A stretch of DNA of 31,007 bases from Anaerolineales bacterium (GCA_030668545.1 DAOUTT010000001.1:1-31007); one strand, 5' to 3'; positions 9,093 to 17,644 are shown, counted from the stretch's first letter. The notes: a model not told the origin generated them from the sequence alone. Numbers and translations are program-made.

Positions 9093-9320
9093 TTAAGGGA
9101 TATCGAGAGTGACGCGTACGCCACTTCGAGCAGCGGCTACTCTCAAGAGCACGCGCATAGCGTTTGCCACTCGGCCATTCCGCCCAATCACCCTTCCCAT
9201 ATCTTCCTCAGCGACAGATAATTCCAGCAGGACATCGCGTCCACGATTTTCTTCTGTCACCCAGACTTCTGTAGGATCATCAACGATAGACTTCGCAATA
9301 AACTCGATTAAGGATTTCAC
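9093..9320 (-). CDS. khpA: Single KH-domain RNA-binding protein (KhpA/YlqC)
   Basis: DMGRVIGRNGRVANAMR GxxG loop, 75 aa, between rpsP and rimM. Confidence 0.93.
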   Translation of the reverse strand: MKSLIEFIAKSIVDDPTEVWVTEENRGRDVLLELSVAEEDMGRVIGRNGRVANAMRVLLRVAAARSGVRVTLDIP

Positions 9321-9377
9321 TTTGGATATAACCCTCCATGAGTCCTGCTTATGTGCATTCCCACGCAGTTTCAGGAC

Positions 9378-10178
9378 TTAGGCGTCCTCGTCCTTCTCGG
9401 ATTCAGCTTCATCGTTCGTTTCGTCTTTTTCCTCGGACTCAGGTTCCGCTTCGACTTCAGGCTCAGCTTCAGGTTCCGCTTCGGCTTCAGGCTCAGCTTC
9501 AGGTTCCGCTTCGGCTTCAGGCTCAGCTTCAGGTTCCGCTTCGGCTTCAGGCTCAGCTTCAGGTTCCGTTTCGGCTTCAGATTCAGCAGCTTCTTCGGAC
9601 TCTTTGGCTTTTTCTTCGCCATCGGTAGCTTCAGCCTCGGTCTCGTCTACAACCTCGGGAGCTTCCTTTTCCTCGGTCGGAGTTTCTTCAGGCTCCGCCT
9701 CAGCCTCGGTCTCCTCTGCTGCATCGGGCTTTTCCTCTTCCTCAGCTGGAGCTTCTTCAACCTCAGGCGTTTCTTCCACAGCTTCTTTCGCCTCGTCTTT
9801 CTTGCGCGCCTTAGCTTTCTTCTTACGCTTCCCGACAAGGTCATCACGGCGTGTCCGCGGATCGATCTCCGGGAGCGCCTTTTCAGCTTCCTCTAACAGC
9901 TTCTCGAGTGGTTCTCCTTGCTTAAAGCGTTCCCAACGCTCCCAGGTTCCCAGAGCGTTAAGTGCTTGACGGACGGCATCGCTTGGCTGTGCTCCATGCT
10001 GAAGCCAGTGGAACAAACGCGCTTCATCCACCACTACGGTGGATGGTTCCGTGCGAGGATTATAGTTGCCGAGGATCTCCAAGAAACGCCCATCTCGTGG
10101 GCTTTCTTTGTCCGCAGCGACGATTCGGTAGCTCGGCTGGTTACGAGCACCCACTCGGCGTAATCGAATTCGAACCAT
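9378..10178 (-). CDS. rpsP: 30S ribosomal protein S16 with a very long acidic C-terminal tail
   Basis: MVRIRLRRVG.RNQPSYRIVAAD..SPRDGRFLEILGNYNP core, then about 150 aa rich in E/A/P. Confidence 0.96.
   Translation of the reverse strand: MVRIRLRRVGARNQPSYRIVAADKESPRDGRFLEILGNYNPRTEPSTVVVDEARLFHWLQHGAQPSDAVRQALNALGTWERWERFKQGEPLEKLLEEAEKALPEIDPRTRRDDLVGKRKKKAKARKKDEAKEAVEETPEVEEAPAEEEEKPDAAEETEAEAEPEETPTEEKEAPEVVDETEAEATDGEEKAKESEEAAESEAETEPEAEPEAEAEPEAEPEAEAEPEAEPEAEAEPEAEPEVEAEPESEEKDETNDEAESEKDEDA
9439..9586 (-). repeat. 30-bp in-frame tandem repeat (about 5 copies) in the S16 tail
   Basis: On the + strand, TCAGGTTCCGCTTCGGCTTCAGGCTCAGCT recurs at 9439, 9469, 9499, 9529 and (degenerate) 9559. 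It encodes (AEPEAEAEPE)n. Confidence 0.95.
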
Positions 10179-10285
10179 TTATCGTCCCTCTCTTTTTTCG
10201 TTTTGCCTGCTCGTGTTTCGGGGTCGAGAGGGGGCTGCCTCGGAAGGGAGGCAATTGTTACCTTTCAACCACCAACAGGCTTTGA

Positions 10286-11602
10286 TTATAACGGCCAGGA
10301 TCCCATTCTTGGAAGGCCGCGTTTCCCGATCTGCTTCATCATCTTCCGCATCTGACGGTGTTGACGCAGAAGCTGATTGATTTGTTGGACGCTCGTACCC
10401 GATCCCCGGGCGATGCGTCTCTTCCGGCTGGCGTTCAGGATTTCCGGTTTTCGTTTCTCCTGAGCGGTCATTGACTGCAATATTGCCTGCGTGAAGACCA
10501 ATTGGCTTTCGGCATCTTGGCTATCGATCTGATTGCCAGTCACGCCTGATGGTAAAGCCTCTAGCAATTTACTCACTGGCCCCATTTGACGCATCATAGC
10601 AAGCTGTTGAGCGAAATCCTCGAGCGTGAATTCCCCCTGCAAGAGCCGCTCGGCCTGCGCTTCCACTGCTTCTTTTTCGATCGCAGCTTCAGCTTTCTCG
10701 ATGATGGAAAGTACATCGCCCATCCCGAGTATTCGTGAGGCAAGCCGCTCAGGATCGAACGTCTCCAGTGCATCACGTGCTTCGCCAACGCCGATAAACT
10801 TGATCGGCATGCCCGTAATCGCACGCATCGAGATCGCTGCACCACCGCGGGCATCGCCATCCATCTTCGTCAGGATTAAACCCGTCAGGTTCACCGCTGT
10901 ATTGAACCCCTGCGCGATTTGCACGGCTTCCTGTCCCGTCATCGCATCTACGATGAGTAAAGTCTCGGTAGGATCGGTAGCCGCTTTGATCGTTCGCAGC
11001 TCTTCCATCATCGGCTCATCGATTTGCAGGCGCCCGGCAGTGTCGATGATAACGACACTCACCCCACCTTTGCGCGCCTTATCAAAACCGTCTGTGCATA
11101 TCTTCGCCGGGTTTCGATCCGTGCTTGTGAAGACCGGAACATCGATCTCTGCACCCAGGACTTCTAACTGCGTGGCTGCTGCGGGTCGATAGGGATCGGC
11201 GGCGATGAGCATGGTTCGTTCGCCCTGCCCTTTGAGTTTGCGGGCAAGCTTCGCGGCCGTTGTTGTCTTTCCAGATCCCTGCAACCCAACCAGCAGGATA
11301 ACGCGTGGTTTGGCGCCTTGGAGCCGTAAATGTTCTGGCTCACCCAGTACAGCGACCAACTCCTGGTGGATAATGCGGATCACCTGCTGCGCTGGATTCA
11401 ATGAGCGCGATACATCTTCACCCAAAGCGCGTTCTTTAACGTGCTTTAACAGGTCCTTAACAACTTGGTAATGTACGTCTGCTTCTAAGAGCGCCAGCCG
11501 GATCTCACGCAGGGCAGAATCAATATCCTCTGGCCTAAGTTTGCCGTGTCGGCTGAGCTCTTTAAAGACAGTTTGTAGTTTGGTCGAAAGTGACTCAAAC
11601 AC
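10286..11602 (-). CDS. ffh: Signal recognition particle protein Ffh
   Basis: GLQGSGKTTT, DTAGR, TKMDGDARGGAA and SRILGMGD motifs plus M-domain. GTG at 11602 gives the usual MFESL N-terminus; the ORF track start is 11620. Confidence 0.97.
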   Translation of the reverse strand: MFESLSTKLQTVFKELSRHGKLRPEDIDSALREIRLALLEADVHYQVVKDLLKHVKERALGEDVSRSLNPAQQVIRIIHQELVAVLGEPEHLRLQGAKPRVILLVGLQGSGKTTTAAKLARKLKGQGERTMLIAADPYRPAAATQLEVLGAEIDVPVFTSTDRNPAKICTDGFDKARKGGVSVVIIDTAGRLQIDEPMMEELRTIKAATDPTETLLIVDAMTGQEAVQIAQGFNTAVNLTGLILTKMDGDARGGAAISMRAITGMPIKFIGVGEARDALETFDPERLASRILGMGDVLSIIEKAEAAIEKEAVEAQAERLLQGEFTLEDFAQQLAMMRQMGPVSKLLEALPSGVTGNQIDSQDAESQLVFTQAILQSMTAQEKRKPEILNASRKRRIARGSGTSVQQINQLLRQHRQMRKMMKQIGKRGLPRMGSWPL

Positions 11603-11701
11603 GTTCGCAAATAACCCCAATACGCAATACGCCGATCGGTCATTTTACGAACAGCGACCGTCCGGCGGGTCGTAAGTCGTATTCGACTTTATTACTGGAG
11701 A

Positions 11702-11730
11702 ATTGTAGCCTGCCCGATGGTCTTGGTCAA
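11702..11730 (-). promoter_or_regulatory. Sigma70-type promoter for the ffh-rpsP-khpA-rimM run
   Basis: TTGACC (11730-11725), 17-nt spacer, TACAAT (11707-11702). Confidence 0.7.
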
Positions 11731-14402
11731 GGGATACCTTCGCTTCGCATGTGATCGAGGATATTTCGACCAATACGCTCCGCAATAATCGTATTCTGAC
11801 CCTCGATGACAACGACCACTACGTAACTGTTTTCGTGGTTGAACAGCCCGCCCTGATACCAGCCAAGGCTCTCGCCAGCTTCACCCGTCAGGGCTTCTGA
11901 ACGTTGGCCAAAGGGTTGCCCTTGTGCACCACCAAGCATCTCGATAACCTGGTTTCGGACGCTTGGATCTAAAACCTGACGATCTGCACCCAAAGGTAGG
12001 ATGTCAACCCAGTCCCCTTCCAGAGGTCGGTAAGCGTCCACGACCCGGAGAGCTGGCATACCCGGGTCTGAAATCAAACCTGCAAACGCCCGGGCGAGCT
12101 GCAGCGGGCTTATCGTCAGATTCCCTTGACCTACCGCTGCCAGCCCCAACGTGACTTCACTGGAGAGGTCATTTGGATCCGATGGTTCACCGGTTGGCAG
12201 GCGAATTTCCGGGCGCTCATGGAAACCAAATGCCTCGAGCAAGTTATTAAAATCATCAGCGCCTAATTCCAAGCCGAGTTTGACGAATGGCGCAGGACAT
12301 CCATTCTGGAGGGCCTTGATGTAGTCTGCATCGCTATCAGGGAGAAGCGTTAACAAGCATGCAAGTGATTGACCGTTCACTTCTACGGGTGTCTCAAAGT
12401 TTGGAGCCAAATCACCCGGTTCAGCGATACCCGTCTGCATGCTCCATGCAAGAATGTAGGGGCTTAGAACCATTCCGGGTTGATATCTTCCCTGAGTGAC
12501 TCGGTTCAATAATGGAGATGAAGGATCTGTCACTATGTCCTGCCACTCTTGGTCGAATCGATTTGGATCGTACGATGGCGATGATGCCATGGCCAGAATA
12601 TCCCCGGTTTGTGCATCCAGCAGGACAATTCCGCCCTGGTAGCCAGTGAGTTGATCCACGACGGCTTCCTGTAATTGGCTGTCCAGTGTCAAGCGGAGAT
12701 CGCTGCCGGGTGGAGGATGTCCGCTAGTAAGCTGTGACCACCCTATCGCAATCGGATTATCTCCCTCACTCCCCCGTAGAAGCCCATCCATGACGCTTTC
12801 TAAGCCGGATAAACCATAGGTAAAGGAGTCATATCCAATAACCGTCGCACTTTGAGGATGTGGATAAAATCGTTGATATGAGCCGAGGCTGCCCGTTGAT
12901 TCAGCGAGCAGTTCTCCGCTCTCATCCATTATCGACCCTCGTTTCGTATATAACTCTTCCACCGCTCTGCGCGGGTTATCGGTCCTGCTTACAAGGATGG
13001 GGGCTCGATAAACTGTCCACCAACCTAAAGTGACTGCCAGCGCTCCCCATGCAACGAGACTCCCATAATACAGCGCAGTAAGTGGGAGTGTGAAGATTTC
13101 ATTCCTCTCGGTTTTCCCTGAGAGTAGAAGAAGAATGCCCAGAAGGAGGAAGCTCGTAACAAGCGATGATCCCCCATAGGACACGAACGGTAAAGTCACC
13201 CCAACCAGCGGAAGCAGGCGGATATTCCCGCCGATGATCAACACTGCTTGCAGCCCGAGCGAGATACTGATGCCTGCAGAGAGCAACGCTCCAAATGGAT
13301 CCCGTGATCGAAAAGCGACGCGCAATCCCCTACTAACAAGCACGGCAAATAATGCGATGACAGCCAAGCCACCAAGCAGGCCAAATTCTTCTGTAATCGC
13401 GGTGAAGATGAAATCAGTATGAACAGCGGGAACAAATCCAGGTGACCCCAAACCAAAACCGCTCCCAATTACACCGCCGGAGGCTAATGCGATCAACGAC
13501 TGCACCACTTGGTACGACCCTCCAATCGGATCCGGCCATGGGTTTATCCATGCCGTGATCCGCTGACCAACGACATCAAAGAGGAAGTACCCCAATGCGC
13601 CAGCAAGTATTCCAAAAATCGAGGCAAGGATAATGATCCACCATCGTCCGGTTGCCAAATAAAGTAGGAGAGCAAGTAGCGCCAGGAAGAGCATCCCCAT
13701 CCCTAGATCCCGCTGGACGAGCAGGAGAACCACCGAGAGCGACCAGATGACAATCAAGGGAAGCAGCGTGGAAAACGACGGGAGTCCCTCATCTCGATGG
13801 AATGTGAAACGCAGCTTGTCACTCAGAAAGGATGCGAGAAAGGCAACCAAAAGCAGCCGAAGAGGTTCTGATGGCTGGAGATAAACCCCGCAACATCCGA
13901 GCCAGAGTCTGGGTTCGCCTCCAGTGGGATGCGTGCCGAAAACCAGTGTTAAGACCATCAACACCAGGCCTACGCTCATCCACACATACCTGTAGCGCCG
14001 CAGCCATGATAGATGCCTATCCCCGTGGAGAACTGCATAGAGGACGGTGATACTAACGATGAACCAACCCGTCTGCCGAAGACCGAAGCTCGGAAATAAC
14101 CGCCAAATGGCGAGCAAGCCCCAGCCAGTGAGCAGAAAAGCCGTTGGCAGTAATATGGGATCGCGATCAGGATTCGTGCGCTGGAGGGCCCGGCGCGTGA
14201 GCCAAAAACCAAAAACCCAAACGGGAAGAACGAGAAAATGACCCCAGCGGTCTCCAAAAGCTACCCATTGATCTAGGCGGGCTGCAGTTGCGAAAGACAA
14301 TGCCAAGGCAGTGAAGAGCAAAAAGAGGAACGCGAGGCTTCCAAGGAATACCTCGCGCTCCTCACTTGTTCGTTCTTGATCAGCTAAGATATCGATCCAC
14401 AA
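11727..14402 (-). CDS. Fusion of a SEDS (RodA/FtsW) glycosyltransferase and a PbpA-like penicillin-binding domain with degenerate catalytic motifs
   Basis: N-half: DPILLP..LL.GWGL..IWRL, RLW, QPSE, QRDLG, HTDFIF, TLPFVSYGGSS. C-half after one more TM helix: NPR..RGSI.D..G..LA.S..Y.R.YP..GY...GLE..L.G pedestal and transpeptidase fold. A probable TTG start at 14402 has an AGAGGT SD; the ORF track start is 14462. Confidence 0.9.
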   Translation of the reverse strand: MWIDILADQERTSEEREVFLGSLAFLFLLFTALALSFATAARLDQWVAFGDRWGHFLVLPVWVFGFWLTRRALQRTNPDRDPILLPTAFLLTGWGLLAIWRLFPSFGLRQTGWFIVSITVLYAVLHGDRHLSWLRRYRYVWMSVGLVLMVLTLVFGTHPTGGEPRLWLGCCGVYLQPSEPLRLLLVAFLASFLSDKLRFTFHRDEGLPSFSTLLPLIVIWSLSVVLLLVQRDLGMGMLFLALLALLLYLATGRWWIIILASIFGILAGALGYFLFDVVGQRITAWINPWPDPIGGSYQVVQSLIALASGGVIGSGFGLGSPGFVPAVHTDFIFTAITEEFGLLGGLAVIALFAVLVSRGLRVAFRSRDPFGALLSAGISISLGLQAVLIIGGNIRLLPLVGVTLPFVSYGGSSLVTSFLLLGILLLLSGKTERNEIFTLPLTALYYGSLVAWGALAVTLGWWTVYRAPILVSRTDNPRRAVEELYTKRGSIMDESGELLAESTGSLGSYQRFYPHPQSATVIGYDSFTYGLSGLESVMDGLLRGSEGDNPIAIGWSQLTSGHPPPGSDLRLTLDSQLQEAVVDQLTGYQGGIVLLDAQTGDILAMASSPSYDPNRFDQEWQDIVTDPSSPLLNRVTQGRYQPGMVLSPYILAWSMQTGIAEPGDLAPNFETPVEVNGQSLACLLTLLPDSDADYIKALQNGCPAPFVKLGLELGADDFNNLLEAFGFHERPEIRLPTGEPSDPNDLSSEVTLGLAAVGQGNLTISPLQLARAFAGLISDPGMPALRVVDAYRPLEGDWVDILPLGADRQVLDPSVRNQVIEMLGGAQGQPFGQRSEALTGEAGESLGWYQGGLFNHENSYVVVVVIEGQNTIIAERIGRNILDHMRSEGIP

Positions 14403-15246
14403 GTAAAGAGTACCTCTTACGCACCGCTTCTGAAATGATGTCCGGGTTCGTGGCAATTGCATCTTCTAGCGCAGTGTGACATTCGCAGCTCACTTCTTCA
14501 GGGAGTTCTGCAACAAGATGCGCAATTACTTCCTGGGCGAGGTTGGTATTCTTCTTAACGGTTTGGAATACCATTTCCACCGTGACTGGCTCCTCGGCTT
14601 GATGCCAGACATCGTAATCTGTGACATGCGCCATTACGGCGTAGCACATCTCAGCTTCCCTGGCGAGGAATGCTTCAGGAGAAGTCGTCATCACAATAAT
14701 GGACATTCCCCAAGCACGATATATATTGGATTCAGCACGGGTGGAGAAACGCGGTCCTTCGATCGTGATGTAGCACCCTCCACGATGGACGCTCCCGCTT
14801 ACTTCCTCAGTGCTGGATGCAAGGGTCTCGGAGAGATCAGGACAAAATGGGTCAGCGACACTGATATGTGTCACTAAACCGCTCTCGAAGAACGAACGTG
14901 GCCTAGAAACTGTATGATCAAATAGCTGATCAGGGATTACAATCTCACCCGGCACATAATCCTCACGCAGCGATCCGCAGGCGCTGATCGAAAGAACGCG
15001 CTCCACGCCGAACATTTTCAGGGCATATATATTCGCACGGTAATTCACGGTAGTCGGGGGATAGATATGGCCTATCCCATGGCGGGCCAAGAAGACTACT
15101 TTTCGACCATTTAACTTGCCTATCGCAAGCGGCGAACTAGGTTCGCCAAAGGGTGTCGAGATCTGTTGCATCTCTACGTCAGTCAGATCTGGCATGTCAT
15201 ATGTGCCCGACCCACCAATCACACCGAGAACAGGTTGTTCATCCAT
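14380..15246 (-). CDS. mtnP: S-methyl-5'-thioadenosine phosphorylase (MTAP/PNP family)
   Basis: GVIGGSG, FLARHG.GH, NYRANIYALK, EGPRFSTRAES, MT..PEAFLARE and TDYD motifs. Confidence 0.92.
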   Translation of the reverse strand: MDEQPVLGVIGGSGTYDMPDLTDVEMQQISTPFGEPSSPLAIGKLNGRKVVFLARHGIGHIYPPTTVNYRANIYALKMFGVERVLSISACGSLREDYVPGEIVIPDQLFDHTVSRPRSFFESGLVTHISVADPFCPDLSETLASSTEEVSGSVHRGGCYITIEGPRFSTRAESNIYRAWGMSIIVMTTSPEAFLAREAEMCYAVMAHVTDYDVWHQAEEPVTVEMVFQTVKKNTNLAQEVIAHLVAELPEEVSCECHTALEDAIATNPDIISEAVRKRYSLLVDRYLS

Positions 15247-15393
15247 AATCTCTCTCTTGTTTATTGCTATCTTAGCATAGGCTCGAGTTAGAAATCTCCA
15301 CTTTCATGCACCTGTTGCCCTGTAGTTTATATGACTATACGAATTTTCTTGGCTCACGTGAAGGACTTTACAATAAAAATATGTTCGCTCCTT

Positions 15394-15834
15394 TTAATCC
15401 ATATCATCTTCAACAACGGGTGCTTCCATTAGGAATTCAACTCTACCAAAGGCAATCTGGTCGCCATATGTGAGGACCAACGGTCCTTCGAGCGCTATAC
15501 CGTTGACTGTCGTCCCATTCCGCGAACCTAAATCCTCTAACCACCATTGTCCCTCGTGAAAGGATAACCGCGCATGATGCGCGGATGCTGTTTCATCCTG
15601 AAGCACTAATGAATTATCGGCTGCTCGACCAATCCGATTATTTGCGATGAGAGAGTGTCTTACATCAACGTTCGAACCGTCAGCTAATACAAGAACCGCG
15701 GGAGGGTAGTGTATTTCAGAGACTCGATGGGATTGTATCTCCTTCCAAAGAAAGAGAAGGATCACGCCCAGAAAAGCGTAGAGGATCAGACCCAAGACAA
15801 CCCTGATCACAAGTAGTACTAACCCTGGAGTCAT
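15394..15834 (-). CDS. FhaB/FipA-like protein: N-terminal TM helix plus FHA domain
   Basis: Hydrophobic N-terminus (LLVIRVVLGLILYAFLGVILLFLW). FHA motifs IGR, SAHHA and DLGSRNGT. ATG overlaps the upstream stop. Confidence 0.9.
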   Translation of the reverse strand: MTPGLVLLVIRVVLGLILYAFLGVILLFLWKEIQSHRVSEIHYPPAVLVLADGSNVDVRHSLIANNRIGRAADNSLVLQDETASAHHARLSFHEGQWWLEDLGSRNGTTVNGIALEGPLVLTYGDQIAFGRVEFLMEAPVVEDDMD

Positions 15835-16652
15835 TCCTGCCGTTTTTTCTTCTTGGGGATCACTCGAGTTCGTTGGTCACCGGAAGGGCGCGGTGGAAAT
15901 GGAGGTGAATAAGCTGGCGTTTCACCGGGCGGTCCTCCAGGGTCCTCTCCGTATACCAGCCGGTTTCCCGCCAGGTTGATTACATCTCCCGACTGTAGGA
16001 CATGATGTTTAATTGCACGCCCGTTGATCACAGTGCCTGCGGAGGAACCTAGATCAAACGCTTCAAACCGCCCTTCTCTTGCTCGAATTTGAGAATGTGT
16101 TCTAGAGATTCGCGGGTCATCGATGATGAGTTGATTGTCTAGCCGGCGGCCGATATTGATAACAGGTCGATCCAGGGGGAAGTGGCGATCCCCATTGACA
16201 ATCAAGTATGCACCCTTGGGAAGCACACCCGGATTGGTCTTGGGTTCAGTATGCATAGCCTGTGTGAACTCAAGCGGGCTGGTGCTGTGCCAGGCGACAA
16301 CCCTCACCTCTTTCGGGCCTAAAGTAGGATCGACTGCGATTGTCACAATCGGTTCACGAAAGACCAGGTAATCACAATCGCGCGCAACTTGTAGAAGCCC
16401 TTGCGAGAAACCTTCCTGCAGGTGTGGCGCTTGATCTAGAATTGCCTGCGCATCATCAGGGTTTAGCGTGAGCGCGTATTGATCAGGGACGAAGGGTTTG
16501 CCATCCTCCGTCCTGCGAATACCCTCATCCATCGCCCGTGAGAGTTGGGCAGCGACCAGAGCAGGTGAAAACTGAACCCCGAGCAATTTGCTCAGGGCGC
16601 CCTCGACGAATCTCTCAATTTGTGACTCGATATGGTCGATTGGATTAGCCAC
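15831..16652 (-). CDS. FhaA-like protein (DUF3662-type N-domain plus FHA domain), paralog 1
   Basis: N-domain (IE..IERFVEG.L...F.P..VA..L.RAMD...VPDQY.L.LNP.D). FHA motifs IGRRLDN, ISRTH and DLGSSAGT. Confidence 0.88.
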   Translation of the reverse strand: MANPIDHIESQIERFVEGALSKLLGVQFSPALVAAQLSRAMDEGIRRTEDGKPFVPDQYALTLNPDDAQAILDQAPHLQEGFSQGLLQVARDCDYLVFREPIVTIAVDPTLGPKEVRVVAWHSTSPLEFTQAMHTEPKTNPGVLPKGAYLIVNGDRHFPLDRPVINIGRRLDNQLIIDDPRISRTHSQIRAREGRFEAFDLGSSAGTVINGRAIKHHVLQSGDVINLAGNRLVYGEDPGGPPGETPAYSPPFPPRPSGDQRTRVIPKKKKRQE

Positions 16653-16722
16653 GTTAGCTGAGTCTCTTAACTGGAAAATTTACCATTCTGCGTGCAATCA
16701 TAGCACAAATAATAGCTGCGAT

Positions 16723-17577
16723 TTATTTGTTCTTGTCAGGGGGGTCAGAATCAAGTTGTCTCAATTGTGTTGTGATCCTAAAATCCAAGGGGGTTATGCG
16801 ACCATCCGTAGGCTCTACCGCAGGCACCGGTTTGTATGGCGGAGTCACTTCCGGTGGACCACCGGTATCTTCTCCATAGATCAATTCGACTTTCGCAACA
16901 TTAATTACATCTCCTGGTTGGAGCGAATGGTCCTGGACCTTAATCCCATTAACATAGGTTCCGGCTGTAGAATTGAGGTCGTGGAGGATATATTTGCCGC
17001 GGCTGGCTAACAACCGTAAATGTTGCCTTGAAACTCGAGGATCATCGATTACCAGATCATTGTCCAACCGACGACCAATTTTGATCAACGCGGTTGATAG
17101 CGGGAAATGCCGTCTGCCTTCGACGACGAGAAAAGCGCCTGCTGGGGGTCTGTCGGTATCATACTCCTCGATCGGCGTGATCTCGCCTTGAATATCCAGT
17201 GGATTACTACTGTGCCAACCAATGACGCGAACCCCATCTTGAGGGAGTGTGGGGTCTGTTGAAAGCGTGAAATGGACTTCTCTTGCAAAGAGAAAATCTG
17301 CATCTTGCAGAGCTTGCCTAAAATCCCGGGATATTTCCATTTGCAGATCATCGGGCAATTGACCGATTTGTCTTAAGCCTTCCGGGTTAACGCTTAATGT
17401 GAATTGATCAGGGGCATATTCACGCCCATTAGAATCAACGCGCGCCGCCCCAATCGTCTCTTTTGCGAATAGGTGAGCAAACTCTTCCATAGGGAGATCT
17501 CTAATATCGAGATTCCCTAAGGATTTCTTAAGCGCTTTCTCTATCGCTTTTTGAATCTGAATTAATCGATCGTCCAT
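16723..17577 (-). CDS. FhaA-like protein (DUF3662-type N-domain plus FHA domain), paralog 2
   Basis: Colinear with paralog 1 (APDQFTLSVNP, DPTL...VRVIGWHS, GAFLVVEGRRHFPL, IGRRLDN, VSRQH, DLNSTAGT, YGEDTGGPP). Confidence 0.88.
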   Translation of the reverse strand: MDDRLIQIQKAIEKALKKSLGNLDIRDLPMEEFAHLFAKETIGAARVDSNGREYAPDQFTLSVNPEGLRQIGQLPDDLQMEISRDFRQALQDADFLFAREVHFTLSTDPTLPQDGVRVIGWHSSNPLDIQGEITPIEEYDTDRPPAGAFLVVEGRRHFPLSTALIKIGRRLDNDLVIDDPRVSRQHLRLLASRGKYILHDLNSTAGTYVNGIKVQDHSLQPGDVINVAKVELIYGEDTGGPPEVTPPYKPVPAVEPTDGRITPLDFRITTQLRQLDSDPPDKNK

Positions 17578-17584
17578 TCCTATG

Positions 17585-17590
17585 ATTATA
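17585..17590 (-). promoter_or_regulatory. -10 box placed for a leaderless fhaA2 transcript
   Basis: Perfect TATAAT exactly 7 nt before ATG 17577, with no properly spaced SD. Confidence 0.55.
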
Positions 17591-17644
17591 CCTATCCTCC
17601 GTTCTTCGTTAAAAGGGCAATTCGTACTATATACTAGAGGTGTG

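Noticed and set aside
9371-9622. Alternate-frame Lys-rich repeat ORF (KLSLKPKRNL)n and antisense Phe/Arg-rich ORF 9351..9896
   Set aside because: These are shadows of the 30-bp repeat in the rpsP tail. The histone-like look follows from reading GAA/GCC-rich codons out of frame, and there is no independent evidence of expression.
11727-14462. Fusion as an artefact of stop-codon loss or misassembly
   Set aside because: The junction is short and keeps the PBP TM helix in a topology compatible with SEDS-bPBP complexes, and there is no frame disruption. It cannot be fully excluded without reads or homologues.
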